A stretch of 64,000 bases of DNA from Pyrinomonadaceae bacterium (lineage in GTDB: Bacteria > Acidobacteriota > Blastocatellia > Pyrinomonadales > Pyrinomonadaceae). Position 1 is the first letter of the stretch. The number at the start of each line of letters is the position of its first letter. The translations under genes were made by a program, and so were the position numbers. The notes beneath the pieces are model-generated. The model searched no databases. It was given only the letters and a program-made list of their open reading frames with translations, and was not told where the DNA came from. The stretch lies in contig DASQMC010000079.1 of the NCBI GenBank assembly GCA_035645695.1, forward strand, positions 3,402 to 67,401, given 5' to 3'. This document shows, in pieces, positions 1 through 11,538 of the stretch.

Positions 1-270
1 ATCGCGCCGGCTGATCTTTTTCACGTCGTCGCTCGTGGCGAGATGTTCCAGTTGAGCGTCGTCGAGACCGACGTGAAACACGCCGCCGAGGATGGCGATG
101 GTGGCCGGAGTCGCGCCCTCTTCGCGAACGATCCCTTCGAGCTGCCGCGCTGTTTCGAGATTTACGGGGCGCGGCAATCCGTGCGCGATGACCGTCGATT
201 CGAGCGCGACGATGGGACGGCCTGCGCTTTTCGCCGCTTCAACCTCGCCGCTCAGTTTGAAAATCGTCAT
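1..270 (-). CDS. psuG: Pseudouridine-5'-phosphate glycosidase, N-terminal part (3' end runs off the window)
   Basis: Reading the minus strand from the ATG at 270 gives [71 protein letters not shown]. The ALESTxIxHGxP and ATxAI motifs match my memory of the IndA/PsuG family. It is not in the ORF track because it has no stop codon inside the window. Confidence 0.7.
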   Translation of the reverse strand, partial: MTIFKLSGEVEAAKSAGRPIVALESTVIAHGLPRPVNLETARQLEGIVREEGATPATIAILGGVFHVGLDDAQLEHLATSDDVKKISRRD

Positions 271-277
271 GCGGCTT

Positions 278-3200
278 CTACAGTCTGCCGCCCTGCGACG
301 CGGCCGGTTTGACGAGCACGGCGGGGATGTTTTGCTCGCGCACGAGTGCGTTGAAGGCCGGGAGGTCTGTCTTCATAATCCCTTCCAGTTTTCGCAACTG
401 CGCGTCGATCCTGCCCGTGAGGTCTGCATAAACCGCATAGGACTGTTCGGTGGGCGCGCTGTCGGCGCTCGCGATGACGCCGCCGAGCGCGGCCAGTTTG
501 TTGTTCAGGCGTATCGGATAATTGAGCGGGTCCTGGCTGCTCTGGTTCTTCGTCTGGTAAAGCTCCTCTTCGACGGCGGTCATTTTCCCGCTCAGAGATT
601 TCGCCGCATCCGAGATCGCCTTGAAGTTCGGCTGGCCTTGCACGCGTTTGAGCAGATCGTTGATCTGTGTGCGCGCCTCGCGGATCGAGATGATCGCGTT
701 GTGCGTCTCGGTCAGCTTATCGCGAATCTTCAACCCCAGGTCGAGTTGGCGGGCGAAGTCGGCATCGGTGGTCGAGATACGAGGGTCTTTGCGCACGTCG
801 AAAGTTTCGGTGTGGGTCTTGCCGTTGGCCGTCAGCTTCACCTGATAGCGACCGGGCACGAGGCGCGGCCCCGTGACGCTGCCCGCCCACAGGATCATGC
901 CGGGGAAGCGCGCGGCGTCGGCGTGGCGCATGTCCCAGACGAATTTGTTCAGACCGGCCTCGGCGGTGACGCGCGCCGCGCCCGCGCCCCCGCCCGCAAA
1001 GAACGACGATTCCTCGCCCGAAGCGGCTTGCGGTTGTTCGGGCGGCGTCTGTACGGCCGCGCTGCCGGGCGCGGGACTCGGCTGCGGCGCGGGCGCTTTC
1101 GCGGTGAACGTGCGGATCGATTTTCCCGATGCGTCGAGAAATTCGAGCACGACATCCGTCGTCGGCTTCGACTTCAGATAGTAATAGACGACCGCGCCGT
1201 TCGGCGGATTGCTGCCGAATGTAGCCGTCGCGGGTAGCGGCGTCGCGCCCCCGCCGCCTCGCATGCGATAGGGGTCTTCGGGTTTGAAGAGGCGCGTCTC
1301 CATAGCGCCCGCGCTCGCGCCCCCGCCCCTGTCCATCATTTGATGCAGCACGGCGAGGTCGTCGAGAACCCAGAAGGAGCGTCCCTGCGTGGCCGCGACC
1401 AGATCGCGCTCGCCTTTGTGGACGGCCAGATCGGTAATGGGGACGACCGGCAGATTATGCTGGAGCGACTGCCAACTCTCGCCGTCGTTGAAAGAGACGT
1501 AGATGCCCGTTTCCGTCCCCGCGTAGAGCAGGCCGCGGCGGTTCGGGTCTTCGCGTATGACGCGCGTGAAAGCGGTTTCGGGAATGCCCTGCGTGATCTT
1601 CCGCCACGTCTTCCCGTAGTCGTTCGTACGGTAGAGGTAGGGGCGGAAATCGTCGAGCTTGTACATCGTCGCGGCGACGTAGGCCGTCGCGGCATCGCTT
1701 GGCGAGGCGTCAATCGAGTTGATCTGAATCCATTCGGGCATCCCCTTCGGCGTGACGTTATCCCAACGTCCGCCGCCGTCGCGCGTGACGTGGACGAGGC
1801 CGTCGTCGGAACCCGCCCAGATGATGCCCGCTTTGACCGGCGACTCGCTCAAGGCGAAGATCGTGTCGTAATACTCGACGCTCGTGTTGTCCTTTGTGAT
1901 GGGGCCGCCCGAAGAGCCCTGCTTCGTTTTGTCGTTGCGCGTCAGGTCGGGGCTGATCGCAGTCCAGCTCTGGCCTTCGTTCGTCGATTTGAAGAGGATG
2001 TTTCCCGCCGTGTAAAGAACATTCGGGTCGTGCGGTGAAAACAGGATCGGGAAGTTCCACTGAAAGCGATACTTCATCGCCTCGGCGCCCGCGCCCATCG
2101 GGTTGTCAGGCCACACGTCAACGTTCCTGAGTTGTCCGGTGCGGTGATCGTAGCGCGTGATGAGGCCGCCGTACGAGCCTGCGAAGACGATGTTGGAATC
2201 CTTCGGCGAAGGCGCGATCCAGCCGGACTCGCCGCCGCCCACGTCCCACCAGTCGCGCTCCGTGATGCCGAAATCGGTCGTGCGCGAGGCGATGCGGACG
2301 GTCGAGTTGTCCTGCTGCGCGCCGTAGATGTTGTAGGGGAAATCATTGTCGAGCGTGACGCGGTAGAACTGCGCCGTCGCCTGATCCTGTTCCGACCACG
2401 TGCGCCCGCCGTTGAAGGAGACGTTTGCGCCGCCGTCGTTCGAGTTGATCATGCGCGCGGCGTCGTTCGGCGCGATCCAGAGATCGTGATTGTCGCCGTG
2501 CGGCACGGAGATGGAGGAGAACGTGCGCCCGCCGTCGTTCGACTTGTAGAAGCCCGTGTTCAGGACGTATACCGTATCGGCGTTCTGCGTGTCCGCGTAG
2601 ATGCGCGTGTAATACCATGCGCGCTGGCGCAAGGAACGCTGATCGTTCGTCTTCGTCCAGGTGCGCCCGCCGTTGTCTGAACGAAACACGCCGCCGTCTT
2701 CGGCCTCGACAATCGCCCAGACGCGCTCGGGGTTGACGGGCGAGACGGTGATGCCGACCTTGCCGACAAGCCCGCGCGGAAGTCCCGCGTTGCGCGTGAT
2801 CTCCGTCCAGGTGTCGCCGCCGTCGGTTGATTTGAAGAGGCCGCCGCCCGCGCCGCCGCTCTCAAGGCTCCAGGGCGTGCGCAGCACTTCCCAGAAACCC
2901 GCGTAGAGTATGTTCGCGTTCGACGGGTCAAGCGTGAGATCGATTGCGCCCGCCTTATTGCCACGGTAAAGAATCCGCTCCCACGTCTTTCCGCCGTCCT
3001 TCGAGCGGAAGACGCCGCGCTGCTCGTTCGGCCCGAAGAGGTGGCCGAGCGCGGCGACATAGACGATGTCGGGATTGCGCGGATGCACGCGCACGCGCCC
3101 GATCTGTCGTGTGTCTTCGAGGCCGACGCGTTTCCAGGTCTTTCCCGCGTCCATTGATTTATAGACGCCGTCGCCGTGCGAGACATTGCCGCGCACGGGC

Positions 3201-3598
3201 GATTCGCCCATGCCGACATAGATGACGTTCGGGTCGGATTCGCAGACGCCAATCGCGCCGACCGAGCCCGTGCCGAAAACCGAGTTATCCGAGATCGGTT
3301 CCCAGTTCGCGCCGCCGTCCGTGGTCTTCCAGACGCCGCCTCCCGTCGCGCCGAAGTAATAGACCATCGGCTGCGACGCCACCCCCGCCACCGCCGTTAC
3401 GCGCCCGCCGCGAAACGGGCCGATGCCGCGCCATTGCAGGAGTTTCAGCGGATTGGAATCTACAGCTTGCGATGCTTGCGCTTGCGCGGGTTGCGACTGT
3501 TGCGCCCGCGCCGGGACAAGACCGACAACAATTAAAAAGACGAGCGACGATGTGGCGGCAAGGGTCGAACGGCTACGAAACGAGTTGAGATTCATCAT
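278..3598 (-). CDS. Secreted sortilin/VPS10-type BNR (Asp-box) repeat protein, GH74-like beta-propeller
   Basis: There are more than 10 Asp-box motifs ([70 protein letters not shown] and others). I chose the start at ATGATG 3598 ([34 protein letters not shown]) because it gives a signal peptide. The longer ORF to 3871 adds a Cys/Arg-rich non-protein-like leader. Confidence 0.85.
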   Translation of the reverse strand: MMNLNSFRSRSTLAATSSLVFLIVVGLVPARAQQSQPAQAQASQAVDSNPLKLLQWRGIGPFRGGRVTAVAGVASQPMVYYFGATGGGVWKTTDGGANWEPISDNSVFGTGSVGAIGVCESDPNVIYVGMGESPVRGNVSHGDGVYKSMDAGKTWKRVGLEDTRQIGRVRVHPRNPDIVYVAALGHLFGPNEQRGVFRSKDGGKTWERILYRGNKAGAIDLTLDPSNANILYAGFWEVLRTPWSLESGGAGGGLFKSTDGGDTWTEITRNAGLPRGLVGKVGITVSPVNPERVWAIVEAEDGGVFRSDNGGRTWTKTNDQRSLRQRAWYYTRIYADTQNADTVYVLNTGFYKSNDGGRTFSSISVPHGDNHDLWIAPNDAARMINSNDGGANVSFNGGRTWSEQDQATAQFYRVTLDNDFPYNIYGAQQDNSTVRIASRTTDFGITERDWWDVGGGESGWIAPSPKDSNIVFAGSYGGLITRYDHRTGQLRNVDVWPDNPMGAGAEAMKYRFQWNFPILFSPHDPNVLYTAGNILFKSTNEGQSWTAISPDLTRNDKTKQGSSGGPITKDNTSVEYYDTIFALSESPVKAGIIWAGSDDGLVHVTRDGGGRWDNVTPKGMPEWIQINSIDASPSDAATAYVAATMYKLDDFRPYLYRTNDYGKTWRKITQGIPETAFTRVIREDPNRRGLLYAGTETGIYVSFNDGESWQSLQHNLPVVPITDLAVHKGERDLVAATQGRSFWVLDDLAVLHQMMDRGGGASAGAMETRLFKPEDPYRMRGGGGATPLPATATFGSNPPNGAVVYYYLKSKPTTDVVLEFLDASGKSIRTFTAKAPAPQPSPAPGSAAVQTPPEQPQAASGEESSFFAGGGAGAARVTAEAGLNKFVWDMRHADAARFPGMILWAGSVTGPRLVPGRYQVKLTANGKTHTETFDVRKDPRISTTDADFARQLDLGLKIRDKLTETHNAIISIREARTQINDLLKRVQGQPNFKAISDAAKSLSGKMTAVEEELYQTKNQSSQDPLNYPIRLNNKLAALGGVIASADSAPTEQSYAVYADLTGRIDAQLRKLEGIMKTDLPAFNALVREQNIPAVLVKPAASQGGRL

Positions 3599-3725
3599 GA
3601 CAAAAAAATATCCCTCGGCTAAACGACAATAGAAAGGCTTTCCTGCCACGCAAGAGACACTCGATGCAACCAACGCCCGCCGCACAACATATCGAGCATC
3701 CGTGTGGATTTGGATGAGCGACGTG

Positions 3726-4139
3726 CTATGCGAAGTCAGGCGGCGGCGGCGGTTCGGCCTCAAGCTCATTCTGTTTTGGGACAGCCGGTGCGAAAAGATA
3801 TGACAGGCCGCCGCCGATACCCATCGTGACAAGCAAAAACACGGAACTGAAGACCCATTGCAGAGGCCCAAAGGTCGGAACGAAGAGCATATTTAGCGCG
3901 GATAACAACCAGCAAATCAGTGCGACCACTAACAGGGTTTTGAAGCGTTCGGTTTTTACGAGGATGCCCGTGATACAAAACCCGACGATGGAGAAGATGA
4001 AATTGGAGACCATCAGCGCAAGCACCACCTGTTGAGGCGGCAAGTCACTGTTTCCGACCGTCACGCCGATCACAAACCCGCCAATAAAGGTGAAGGCATA
4101 GACCAACACGACGCCTTGTATAATGTTCTTCGCCTTCAT
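3726..4139 (-). CDS. Small integral membrane protein (about 4 predicted TM helices), function unknown
   Basis: The 137-aa ORF has an ATG start and hydrophobic stretches ([76 protein letters not shown]). It is visibly lower in G+C than both neighbours. Confidence 0.6.
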   Translation of the reverse strand: MKAKNIIQGVVLVYAFTFIGGFVIGVTVGNSDLPPQQVVLALMVSNFIFSIVGFCITGILVKTERFKTLLVVALICWLLSALNMLFVPTFGPLQWVFSSVFLLVTMGIGGGLSYLFAPAVPKQNELEAEPPPPPDFA

Positions 4140-4211
4140 ATTCTCACACGTTCATGTGGCCTCACACGCCAATGAAGTTAACTTCAACGACGCGGATTCG
4201 CCGGTTCAACT

Positions 4212-6278
4212 TCAACGCGTCGCCGTCGCACTTGATTTCAAATGCTTGTCGAACCATTCAAGTTGGCGGCGCACGAGATCGATCTGGTGATTCGGTTCGG
4301 CGATGCCGTGCCCTTCGCGCGGGTAGCGGACGAAGACGGTTTCGATGCCGCGCTTGCGCAGGGCGCGATAATACTGTTCGGCCTGCGCGATGGGAACGCG
4401 CCTGTCCTGCTCGCCGTGCGTGATCAGCAAAGGCGTCTTGACGCGATCCGCGTAGCGCACGGGCGACCACTTTTCATAAGCTTCGCGCGCCGTCCAGGGG
4501 GTGCCGCCGAAGCCGTATTCCATCAGGCCGGGGATGTCGCTCTGGCCGTGGAAGCTGTACCAATCGCTGATCCCGGCGTGGCCGATGGCGGCCTTGAAAC
4601 GGTTGGTCTGCGTGATGACCCAGAAGGTCATGAAGCCGCCGTACGAGCCGCCCATCACGGCGAGGCGTTCGGGGTCGGCCACGCCCGTCTTGACGAGTTC
4701 GTCCACGCCCGTCATCAGGTCTTGATAATCCTTGCCGCCCCAATCGCCCACGTTTGCGGTCGTGAACTTGTGGCCGTAGCCGGTCGAGCCGCGCGGGTTG
4801 GGCAACAGCACCGCATAGCCGCCCGCGGCGAAGATCTGCGCGCGCGTATTGAAGCCGTAGGTGAAATGCGAGTAAGGCCCGCCGTGAATCTGCAAAATGA
4901 GCGGGTAGCGTTTGCCCTGCTCGTAACCGAGCGGCTTTAAGAGCAAGCCCTCGATCTCAAGCCCGTCCGGCGCTTTCCAGCGGACGACTTCCGTCGCGAC
5001 AAGCGCGAAGTCCTTGATGTGCGAGTTGAAGCTCGTCAGGCGCTGCGCGCCCTTGCCCGCGCTCGATGCGACCCAGATGTCGTTCGGCGTCTTCGCGTCG
5101 TTGAAGGCGAAGGCCAACATGCGCCCGTCGCGCGAGAGGTCAACGCCCGCATACGCGCCCTTGCTCTGGAAGATCGCCTGCGGCGGCGCGTTCCCCGCGA
5201 ACGGAATTTTCAACAATTGGCCGTAGACGCCTTCCGCGCCCGCCGCATACAACGCCGCCCCGTCGGGCGACCACTTCGGCGCGCCGTTGACGGAATCATT
5301 ATACTTGCCCGTCAGGTTACGGGGCGGGGGGGCATTGGCGGCCGCGCTTGCGTCCGAAGCCACGACGACGAGATCGATCTTGGCCGCCCACGATGCCGGC
5401 TCGTCGTTTGAGAGATAAGCGATCCATTTTCCATCCGGCGAAAAGCGGGGCGCGTAATCGGGTCCGGCGTTCGTGGTGAGTTGGCGAGGCGCGCCGCCCG
5501 CGGCGGGAGCAACGTAGAGGTCTGTGTTGCGTTCGTCCGAGATGTCCGTGAAGGACGACTCCTGCGAGCCGCCCTTGCTCATCGTGTAGGCGACCCACGC
5601 GGCGTCGGGCGACCACTGCGGGTCTGAGACGGTGAAGGAGCCTTCCGTTACGCGCCGCTTCTCTTTCGTATCGAGATTGATCGTCCATAGATGCGAATAG
5701 ATGAAGCCGCTGTCAACGACGATGGCGTCAAACTTGTCCTTCCTGCGTTTGTCGCGCTCGGCCTTGTCCTGCGGCGTGTCGCGCACGACGTAGGCGATCC
5801 GGCGGCCATCGGGCGACCAGCGAAACTGCGCGACGCCCGCTTCCTCTTCCGTCAGGCGTTCGGCCTCGCCGCCCGCGACGGGGATAATCCAGATTTGATT
5901 GCGCGGCGCGGATGAAGGAGCGTCCGGTCGCGGCGCGTCGCGGTTGGCGAGGAAGGCGATGCGACGGCTGTCCGGCGACCACTGCGGCGCGCTCTCGCCG
6001 CGTTCGCCGTTCGTCAGTTTGTAGGCCGCGCCGCCCGCGCCCGCCGCGCCCACTCCGACTATGTGTATGTGCGTGTCGCGCCGGTTCTCTTTCCGGTTCC
6101 ACTCGCCGACAGTGAAGGCGATCAACTTGCCGTCCGGCGACCACTGCGGCGCGCCCACCTCCTGTAACGCGAGCGCATCTTCAATCGTCAACTTTTTGCC
6201 CTGCGCCCGCGCCACGACAGCGCCCGCCGTCAAGGCCAGCGACAACACCCACACACACATCCCTGCACGTCTCATCAT
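4212..6278 (-). CDS. S9 family serine peptidase (prolyl oligopeptidase / acylaminoacyl-peptidase type) with N-terminal TolB-like beta-propeller
   Basis: Repeated WSPDG motifs mark a propeller. The nucleophile elbow is GGSYGG, followed downstream by THGEQDRRVP (Asp) and GHG (His). I chose the start at ATG 6278 (MMRRAGMCVWVLSLALTAGAVVARAQ), which gives a signal peptide. Confidence 0.88.
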   Translation of the reverse strand: MMRRAGMCVWVLSLALTAGAVVARAQGKKLTIEDALALQEVGAPQWSPDGKLIAFTVGEWNRKENRRDTHIHIVGVGAAGAGGAAYKLTNGERGESAPQWSPDSRRIAFLANRDAPRPDAPSSAPRNQIWIIPVAGGEAERLTEEEAGVAQFRWSPDGRRIAYVVRDTPQDKAERDKRRKDKFDAIVVDSGFIYSHLWTINLDTKEKRRVTEGSFTVSDPQWSPDAAWVAYTMSKGGSQESSFTDISDERNTDLYVAPAAGGAPRQLTTNAGPDYAPRFSPDGKWIAYLSNDEPASWAAKIDLVVVASDASAAANAPPPRNLTGKYNDSVNGAPKWSPDGAALYAAGAEGVYGQLLKIPFAGNAPPQAIFQSKGAYAGVDLSRDGRMLAFAFNDAKTPNDIWVASSAGKGAQRLTSFNSHIKDFALVATEVVRWKAPDGLEIEGLLLKPLGYEQGKRYPLILQIHGGPYSHFTYGFNTRAQIFAAGGYAVLLPNPRGSTGYGHKFTTANVGDWGGKDYQDLMTGVDELVKTGVADPERLAVMGGSYGGFMTFWVITQTNRFKAAIGHAGISDWYSFHGQSDIPGLMEYGFGGTPWTAREAYEKWSPVRYADRVKTPLLITHGEQDRRVPIAQAEQYYRALRKRGIETVFVRYPREGHGIAEPNHQIDLVRRQLEWFDKHLKSSATATR

Positions 6279-6649
6279 TTCGATCCCTCGTCTCCTGATC
6301 TGTGAGCAAAAGTATACGGAACTCAGGCCGTAGCGGTTTCCATATTTGTGAGTTGGACACATCGCGGGAAAAGCTACTTATAGCGCATCCCGCCGGGAAA
6401 TGCTCGAAAATTCTTTCAAAATCGCCGGGCATCACGCGACCCGCCGACACGCCCGCGAGACTCCCGGTTTATGTCGAACATCATTTATCGCGCGGCGCGC
6501 GCGCAGCGAAACTTCCGACGACCCGCGACCTGTCGAACCGGCGTGCGGGCGCGCCGATCCTTTCGTGCTTAACGAAAGAACGCCGCCGCTCTTCGGTGAA
6601 GAGCGGCGGCGTTCCTGTCGGTTCAACGTTCGTGGCGTTGATTGGTTGT

Positions 6650-9600
6650 TTAGGGCAGACCCTCAAGGCTGACGATGAAGCGGAACGCGCCTTCCTTATC
6701 GACGCCCAACATGAACTGAACGTCCACGGAGCACGTCGAGGTGGGAGCGCAGATACCCGCGACCGTCGATTCGAGACCGGCCGGGAATTGCGCGTTGACG
6801 AGCGTGAGCGTCGTGTTGTAACCGCCGCCGTTAGGTTGCTGCATCGGCAGTTGCTCGATGAGCGTGCCGCGCACCCTGGCGGACGCGTTGGCAGCCGTCG
6901 GCACAAGTTGATCGGAAGAATCAAGCACGCGCAGGTCTGCGAAGCCCGCGGGCGCGGGGTTCGTCGTGATGTCCACCACGCGGAAGCGGATACGTGTGAT
7001 CGTCTGACCGCTGTCGTTGGTGAAACGACGGCGAATGGTCATCGTGCCGAAACTGCGGTTCACGCCGATGTTCGACCCGTCGCGCGAGCGATTGGGCGAA
7101 GCGGACGACGCGACCGACGGATCGAACATCGTCACGGTGATATTGCGAGCCGTGTCCTGCCGCGGGCTGACGGTGTTCTGCGGCCCCGGTGCGCCGAGTA
7201 TTGGCTGAGCCGCGCCGAAGGAGGCCGTCCCTGTGGAGACGAACACGAAGTCCTGATTGTTCGCGTTGGTGTCCTGCGGGACGCCGGACGCGAGTTTTCG
7301 CACGAAGCTGATCTCGCCGTCGGTCGAGCCGATGGGAGCCAGACCCGCACCTTCGAGCCTGTTAGCCGCGTTTCCGGTGAAGCCGACCGCGTCGAGGCGG
7401 TTGCCCGGCGCGAACGTGCCTCGGTCGGTCGTCGAATACAACGCCAGACCGCCGTCATCGTCGATGTCCGTGCCGGTGATGGGTCGGTAGTAGAAATCGG
7501 CGGCGGCATACCGGACGAGGCTGTAGCCGCCCGCTGCGAGCAGGAAGTGCTTGCGCGCAGGGATGACCGTGCCGTTCGGGATGACGGCCACATTCTCGGC
7601 CGTGCCGCCCGAGGTGGCGTCAATCGCCCAGCCTTCCGTGCCGTCGCCGGCGTTGACCGTGATGTCCGCGCCCGTGTTGTTATACAACTCGATGAACTCG
7701 TCGGTCGCACCGCTCGTGCCGCGCAGGCGGAACTCGCTGATGATCACCTGACCGGGCGTGGCCGTCGTGGCGGCCGTGTTGGCCGAGGCCGCGAAGTCCT
7801 GCCCGCTCTGGCTGTTCGGGACATCAGTGTAGGTGCGATAGGCGGGCGCGAAGCGCGTCCCCGCACGCGTAGGTCTGACCGTGTAGTTGCCGCCTGCCTG
7901 TAGGCCGGTGAACGAGTACGCGCCGGTCGGCCCCGTTGCGACCTGCGCCTGGGTGGTCGAACCGGTGAGCCTCACGGTTGCGGTTTCGCCCGCCGCGAGG
8001 CCGGTCACGTTGCCGCTGATGGTGAGCGCCGAGGGCGGCGTGAGAGCGATCTCCCACATACCGCGGCTGTGCGTGGCGATGCGCAGGAAGCGGTTGGCGT
8101 CCTGAATGACCATCTGGAAGACGGCGAGGCGCGGCAAGCCCGTGCCGTAGGGAACCCACGTCGCGCCGCCGTCCTGCGAGGTGTAGACGCCGATGTCCGT
8201 GCCCGCGTAGAGATGCGTCGGGTCGGCAGGGTCAACCACGAAGGCATTGACGGGAACATCGGGGATACCGTTAGCGATGGCCGTCCACGTCGTCGCGCCG
8301 GGCGTGTCGCTAAGGTTGGTGGTCTTCCAGATATGCTCCACGGCCGGGATGCCCTGGCCGCCGTAGCAAACATAGGCGACCGACGAATTGGTCGGATCAA
8401 TGAAGACGCGTCCGACGGCTCTGCGATTGGCAACCGAAATCGGAGGAGTCACCTCCGTCAAAACGTTCGAGCCGGAGCGGGTCGCGAAGACCTGACCGCC
8501 CACCGTCTGGAGGCCGGCCGTCGTGTTCGCGCTCTGAACGGCAGTGCCCACGATGCGCGCGTTGTCGTCGGTTTTGCTCACCCAGACGGATGAAATGGCT
8601 GCGCCGACCGAAGGCGCCGCCGGGAAAGGATTGACCGGCGCCTGACTGGCGACCGTCATCGTGTCGCCGCGATTGATCGAGCGATAGAGACGATCCGTGG
8701 CGAAGTAGAATGTGTTCGGCTGGCCGGGAATGAGGCTCGGCCCCAAATCCATCGGCGCGTAGAAAAGCACGTTATCGTTGGTGATGCCGTTCGGCCCTTC
8801 CACGTCGCCGCAAGCGTTGACGAAGCCGCCGAACACTTGGTTGTTGATATTGCCCTTGAGCACCCACTCGCCTTCAAACGCGCAGTCCGTGCGCGAGACG
8901 CGCCCGAAGCCGATGAGGGTGTTCTGCTGGTTGAAGTACGTGTGGTACATCGTGACGTTCGTGGTGTCGGTCGTGCTCTTGTCGATGAGAGCATAACCGC
9001 CATCGCCGAAGTCCGCGCGACGCCACTGGTTGATCGGCTTATTCGGGTCGGCATTGTCGGTGGGCAGCAGGAACTGCGTGCCGTTGTCCTGCGTGCCGCC
9101 GAGCGTGAAGAAGCGGTCGGTGGCGTGCACGTCCAAGCCCTGAAACTGGGTCGCGCTGTAGCCGGGGTTATTGAGCGAAGTCCATGTGACGCCCTTGTTG
9201 GTCGAGCGCCAGATGCCGCCGTCGCTGCCGGTGTAGACGATGTTAGGGTTCGACCGGGAAACGACCGTTACGTGCGTGTCGGCATGGAGGCCGGTGTCGT
9301 TGCGTGCGAACGACGCGCCCCCGTCCGTTGAGCGCGCCTGGATGCGCGAGCAGGGATTCGACGTAGACAGTGCAGAGCCGCCGAGATGGACGATGTTCGG
9401 GTCGCTCGGGTCGGACTCGATGGAGATATCGTAGGAGCACTGGCCGCCGCAGAAACCGCCGCCGCCCAGCTGCTTGACCCACGTCAAACCGCCGTCGATG
9501 GACTTGCGCACCGCGCCCGAGTTGGTCGTGCAGGACGTGCCCGCCGCCGACTCGCTCGAGGCAAGATAAAAGGTGGTAACGCTGCCGATTCTCGTCGCGG

Positions 9601-10879
9601 AGAACTCGCCGCGCGTGGTGTTGAGGGCAAGCCGCTGCGTGAAGGTCGGCGTGGCCGCGAGCGCATCAGCCGTGCGCCAGACGCCTCCTAGAGCGGCTCC
9701 TGCCGTCGAGCCGGGGCGGACGAAAGCCACGAGGACGTTCGGGTCGCCCGGATCGAAGCGAATACCTGTGATGTTGTGGTTGCCGGTGCAGGGGCTGTCG
9801 AAGCAGTTTTCCGGCGCGACGAGCAGCTTCTGGAAGGCAACGGTGCCGGCGGCGGCCGTCGCGTTGGTCGAACGATAGAGACCGCGAATCCCGAGCGGCG
9901 GAATCGTGCCGCCCTGCGGAGTCTGTTGCGGATTGCCGACGATGGCCGAAGTGGTCGAGACGAAGATGGTCGCCGGGTCGGTCGGATGCACCAGAATGTC
10001 ACTGATGGCGCGGCCGGAAAACGTGCTGGTAGATACGGCCGTCGGAGTAGGCCCGGGAGTCATGAAATTATAGGCCGGGTTGATGGGGCCGGTAAGGTCT
10101 GCGGTCGTCAGCGCGTTGTTGATGCGATAGACGCCTATCCCGGCGTAGCAGCCGCTGCCGCACTGGTTGGACTCGCCCGTGCCGACATACAGGATGGTCG
10201 GGTCGGAGGGCGCGAAAGCGAGCGCGCCGATGGCGAGCGATTCCGCGCTGTCGAAGATGGGCGTCCACGTCTGCCCGCCGTTGAGCGAGCGGAAGACGCC
10301 GCCGTTGGCCGACGAGATGAAAACGATGTCCGGGTTGGTCGGGTGGACGGCGATGGCCGTGGTGCGCCCGCTGACCGGGTGAACTACGTTGGCAGTCTGA
10401 CCGTTCGGGATCGGTTGCGGGCCGATGGGCGTCCAGCTCGTGCTGCTGATCATCGGCTGCGCCAACAGGCCGTTCTTCGCGTCCTTTTGCAGCTTCGATT
10501 CCTGCTGCACCATCTGACCAATCGCCTTCACGCGAAGCATCGAGTCATATGTGCCGTCCTCGCTCACGCCGAGCAGCATGTTGATATGCTCCTGCCGCTT
10601 CTGTAGATATGCCTCGAAGTTGACCTTGCCTCTCTGGAAGGCGGGCAGGTCCGGGTCATTTTCTTTAGCCGCGTCCGGCTTGCGATTCAGGTTACGCAGA
10701 CGTTTGGTGGGCGCGTTTTGTGCGGTGCCGCCCTTCTGCGCGCCGGTTGAGACGGCGTCATTCGCCTTCGAAGTTTTGCCGCGTTCCTGTGCGCTGGTGG
10801 CTGACTTGAAATTCAAAGCCAATAGGGAGAGCACGACGGCAACGCCGGCGAGCAACATCCATCTCGTGTAGTTCTTCAT
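6650..10879 (-). CDS. Very large secreted BNR-repeat protein with C-terminal carboxypeptidase-regulatory-like and lamin-tail (LTD) domains
   Basis: The N-terminus is a signal/TM segment (MKNYTRWMLLAGVAVVLSLLALNF). Asp-boxes are present (SLNGGQTWTP, SIDGGLTWVK, STDGGASFAR, STNKGVTWTS, SQDGGATWVP). ISGNVTGLAAGETATVRLTG...YSFTGLQAGGNYTV looks like a CarboxypepD_reg fold, and IISEFRLRGTSGATDEFIELYNNTGADI is LTD-like. An AGGAGA SD lies upstream of the ATG. Confidence 0.85.
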   Translation of the reverse strand: MKNYTRWMLLAGVAVVLSLLALNFKSATSAQERGKTSKANDAVSTGAQKGGTAQNAPTKRLRNLNRKPDAAKENDPDLPAFQRGKVNFEAYLQKRQEHINMLLGVSEDGTYDSMLRVKAIGQMVQQESKLQKDAKNGLLAQPMISSTSWTPIGPQPIPNGQTANVVHPVSGRTTAIAVHPTNPDIVFISSANGGVFRSLNGGQTWTPIFDSAESLAIGALAFAPSDPTILYVGTGESNQCGSGCYAGIGVYRINNALTTADLTGPINPAYNFMTPGPTPTAVSTSTFSGRAISDILVHPTDPATIFVSTTSAIVGNPQQTPQGGTIPPLGIRGLYRSTNATAAAGTVAFQKLLVAPENCFDSPCTGNHNITGIRFDPGDPNVLVAFVRPGSTAGAALGGVWRTADALAATPTFTQRLALNTTRGEFSATRIGSVTTFYLASSESAAGTSCTTNSGAVRKSIDGGLTWVKQLGGGGFCGGQCSYDISIESDPSDPNIVHLGGSALSTSNPCSRIQARSTDGGASFARNDTGLHADTHVTVVSRSNPNIVYTGSDGGIWRSTNKGVTWTSLNNPGYSATQFQGLDVHATDRFFTLGGTQDNGTQFLLPTDNADPNKPINQWRRADFGDGGYALIDKSTTDTTNVTMYHTYFNQQNTLIGFGRVSRTDCAFEGEWVLKGNINNQVFGGFVNACGDVEGPNGITNDNVLFYAPMDLGPSLIPGQPNTFYFATDRLYRSINRGDTMTVASQAPVNPFPAAPSVGAAISSVWVSKTDDNARIVGTAVQSANTTAGLQTVGGQVFATRSGSNVLTEVTPPISVANRRAVGRVFIDPTNSSVAYVCYGGQGIPAVEHIWKTTNLSDTPGATTWTAIANGIPDVPVNAFVVDPADPTHLYAGTDIGVYTSQDGGATWVPYGTGLPRLAVFQMVIQDANRFLRIATHSRGMWEIALTPPSALTISGNVTGLAAGETATVRLTGSTTQAQVATGPTGAYSFTGLQAGGNYTVRPTRAGTRFAPAYRTYTDVPNSQSGQDFAASANTAATTATPGQVIISEFRLRGTSGATDEFIELYNNTGADITVNAGDGTEGWAIDATSGGTAENVAVIPNGTVIPARKHFLLAAGGYSLVRYAAADFYYRPITGTDIDDDGGLALYSTTDRGTFAPGNRLDAVGFTGNAANRLEGAGLAPIGSTDGEISFVRKLASGVPQDTNANNQDFVFVSTGTASFGAAQPILGAPGPQNTVSPRQDTARNITVTMFDPSVASSASPNRSRDGSNIGVNRSFGTMTIRRRFTNDSGQTITRIRFRVVDITTNPAPAGFADLRVLDSSDQLVPTAANASARVRGTLIEQLPMQQPNGGGYNTTLTLVNAQFPAGLESTVAGICAPTSTCSVDVQFMLGVDKEGAFRFIVSLEGLP

Positions 10880-11506
10880 GCAAGTTCTCCTGGAGGGGTT
10901 AAACTATCAAGAATCGGCGAACGCGCTCCGTCGGCTTAACAAACAGCCGCCGGCTTAAACGCCCGCACGGTTCGGAATCAAAACCGTTTACCTGCTAGTA
11001 AAGCGCAGCTATCTTTTTCATTTGAAGGTTGAATCGAAATGCCGCACCGAATCCCCGGCGACTCAATATTCGCTCCTGACGGAAACGCCAACGGCACACC
11101 TTTCCGGCTGAAAGGGTCAGGTAGGTTGCGGGGGAAGGAATTTGTTAGATTGTAAATAACGGGTTTCTGGGAAATGATCGAGGTTGCGGCCTCTTCCTGA
11201 TCTCAAAATAACTCACTGCGGTCTTTTAAGTAAGCCCGAGTAAAGTAATCTCTTTTGCCGCTTACTGTCAACATGTTCGGGAACTTTCGTGTCGCCGGGA
11301 CGCGCGCCCGGCTGCCTGCTGCCCATTCGCACGCCGGTACGGGGCAGTGGGAAAAATCACCAAAAGAGGGTAGCAGAATAATCTCCGCCGAGCTACCGGG
11401 AAGTGATTGATTCCCTTCTTTGAGTCTGAACATCATCGCCACAGCCTTGCCGCGGCCATTCGAAACGGCATAGAGGTGCCAAGTGTCGCCGCCCTTACAG
11501 CCGGGA

Positions 11507-11538
11507 GCGGCGAGACGAAAATCTCGCCGCTCTTTTTT
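11507..11538 (+). terminator. Intrinsic-terminator-like hairpin in the 5' leader of the permease gene (candidate attenuator)
   Basis: gcggcgaga (11507-11515) pairs perfectly with tctcgccgc (11522-11530) around the loop cgaaaa, followed by tctttttt. No plus-strand gene lies upstream that it could terminate. It sits 66 nt before the permease ORF start. Confidence 0.5.

Noticed and set aside
3599-3871. N-terminal extensions of track ORFs: 278..3871, 4212..6362, 48084..49052 and 29198..31453.
   Set aside because: The extensions lack signal or SD logic and read through repeats or Cys/Arg-rich junk. In each case an internal ATG gives a proper signal peptide or SD-spaced start.
11203-11442. The 79-aa minus-strand ORF in the permease upstream region.
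   Set aside because: It has no SD, low-complexity composition unlike neighbouring genes, and no recognisable family.
11469-11485. A lysine riboswitch (L-box). The string atagaggtgc resembles the 5' end of the B. subtilis lysC L-box.
   Set aside because: Only about 50 nt separate it from the terminator, far too short for the roughly 170-nt five-helix L-box. The other conserved L-box blocks were not found. The match is treated as chance.
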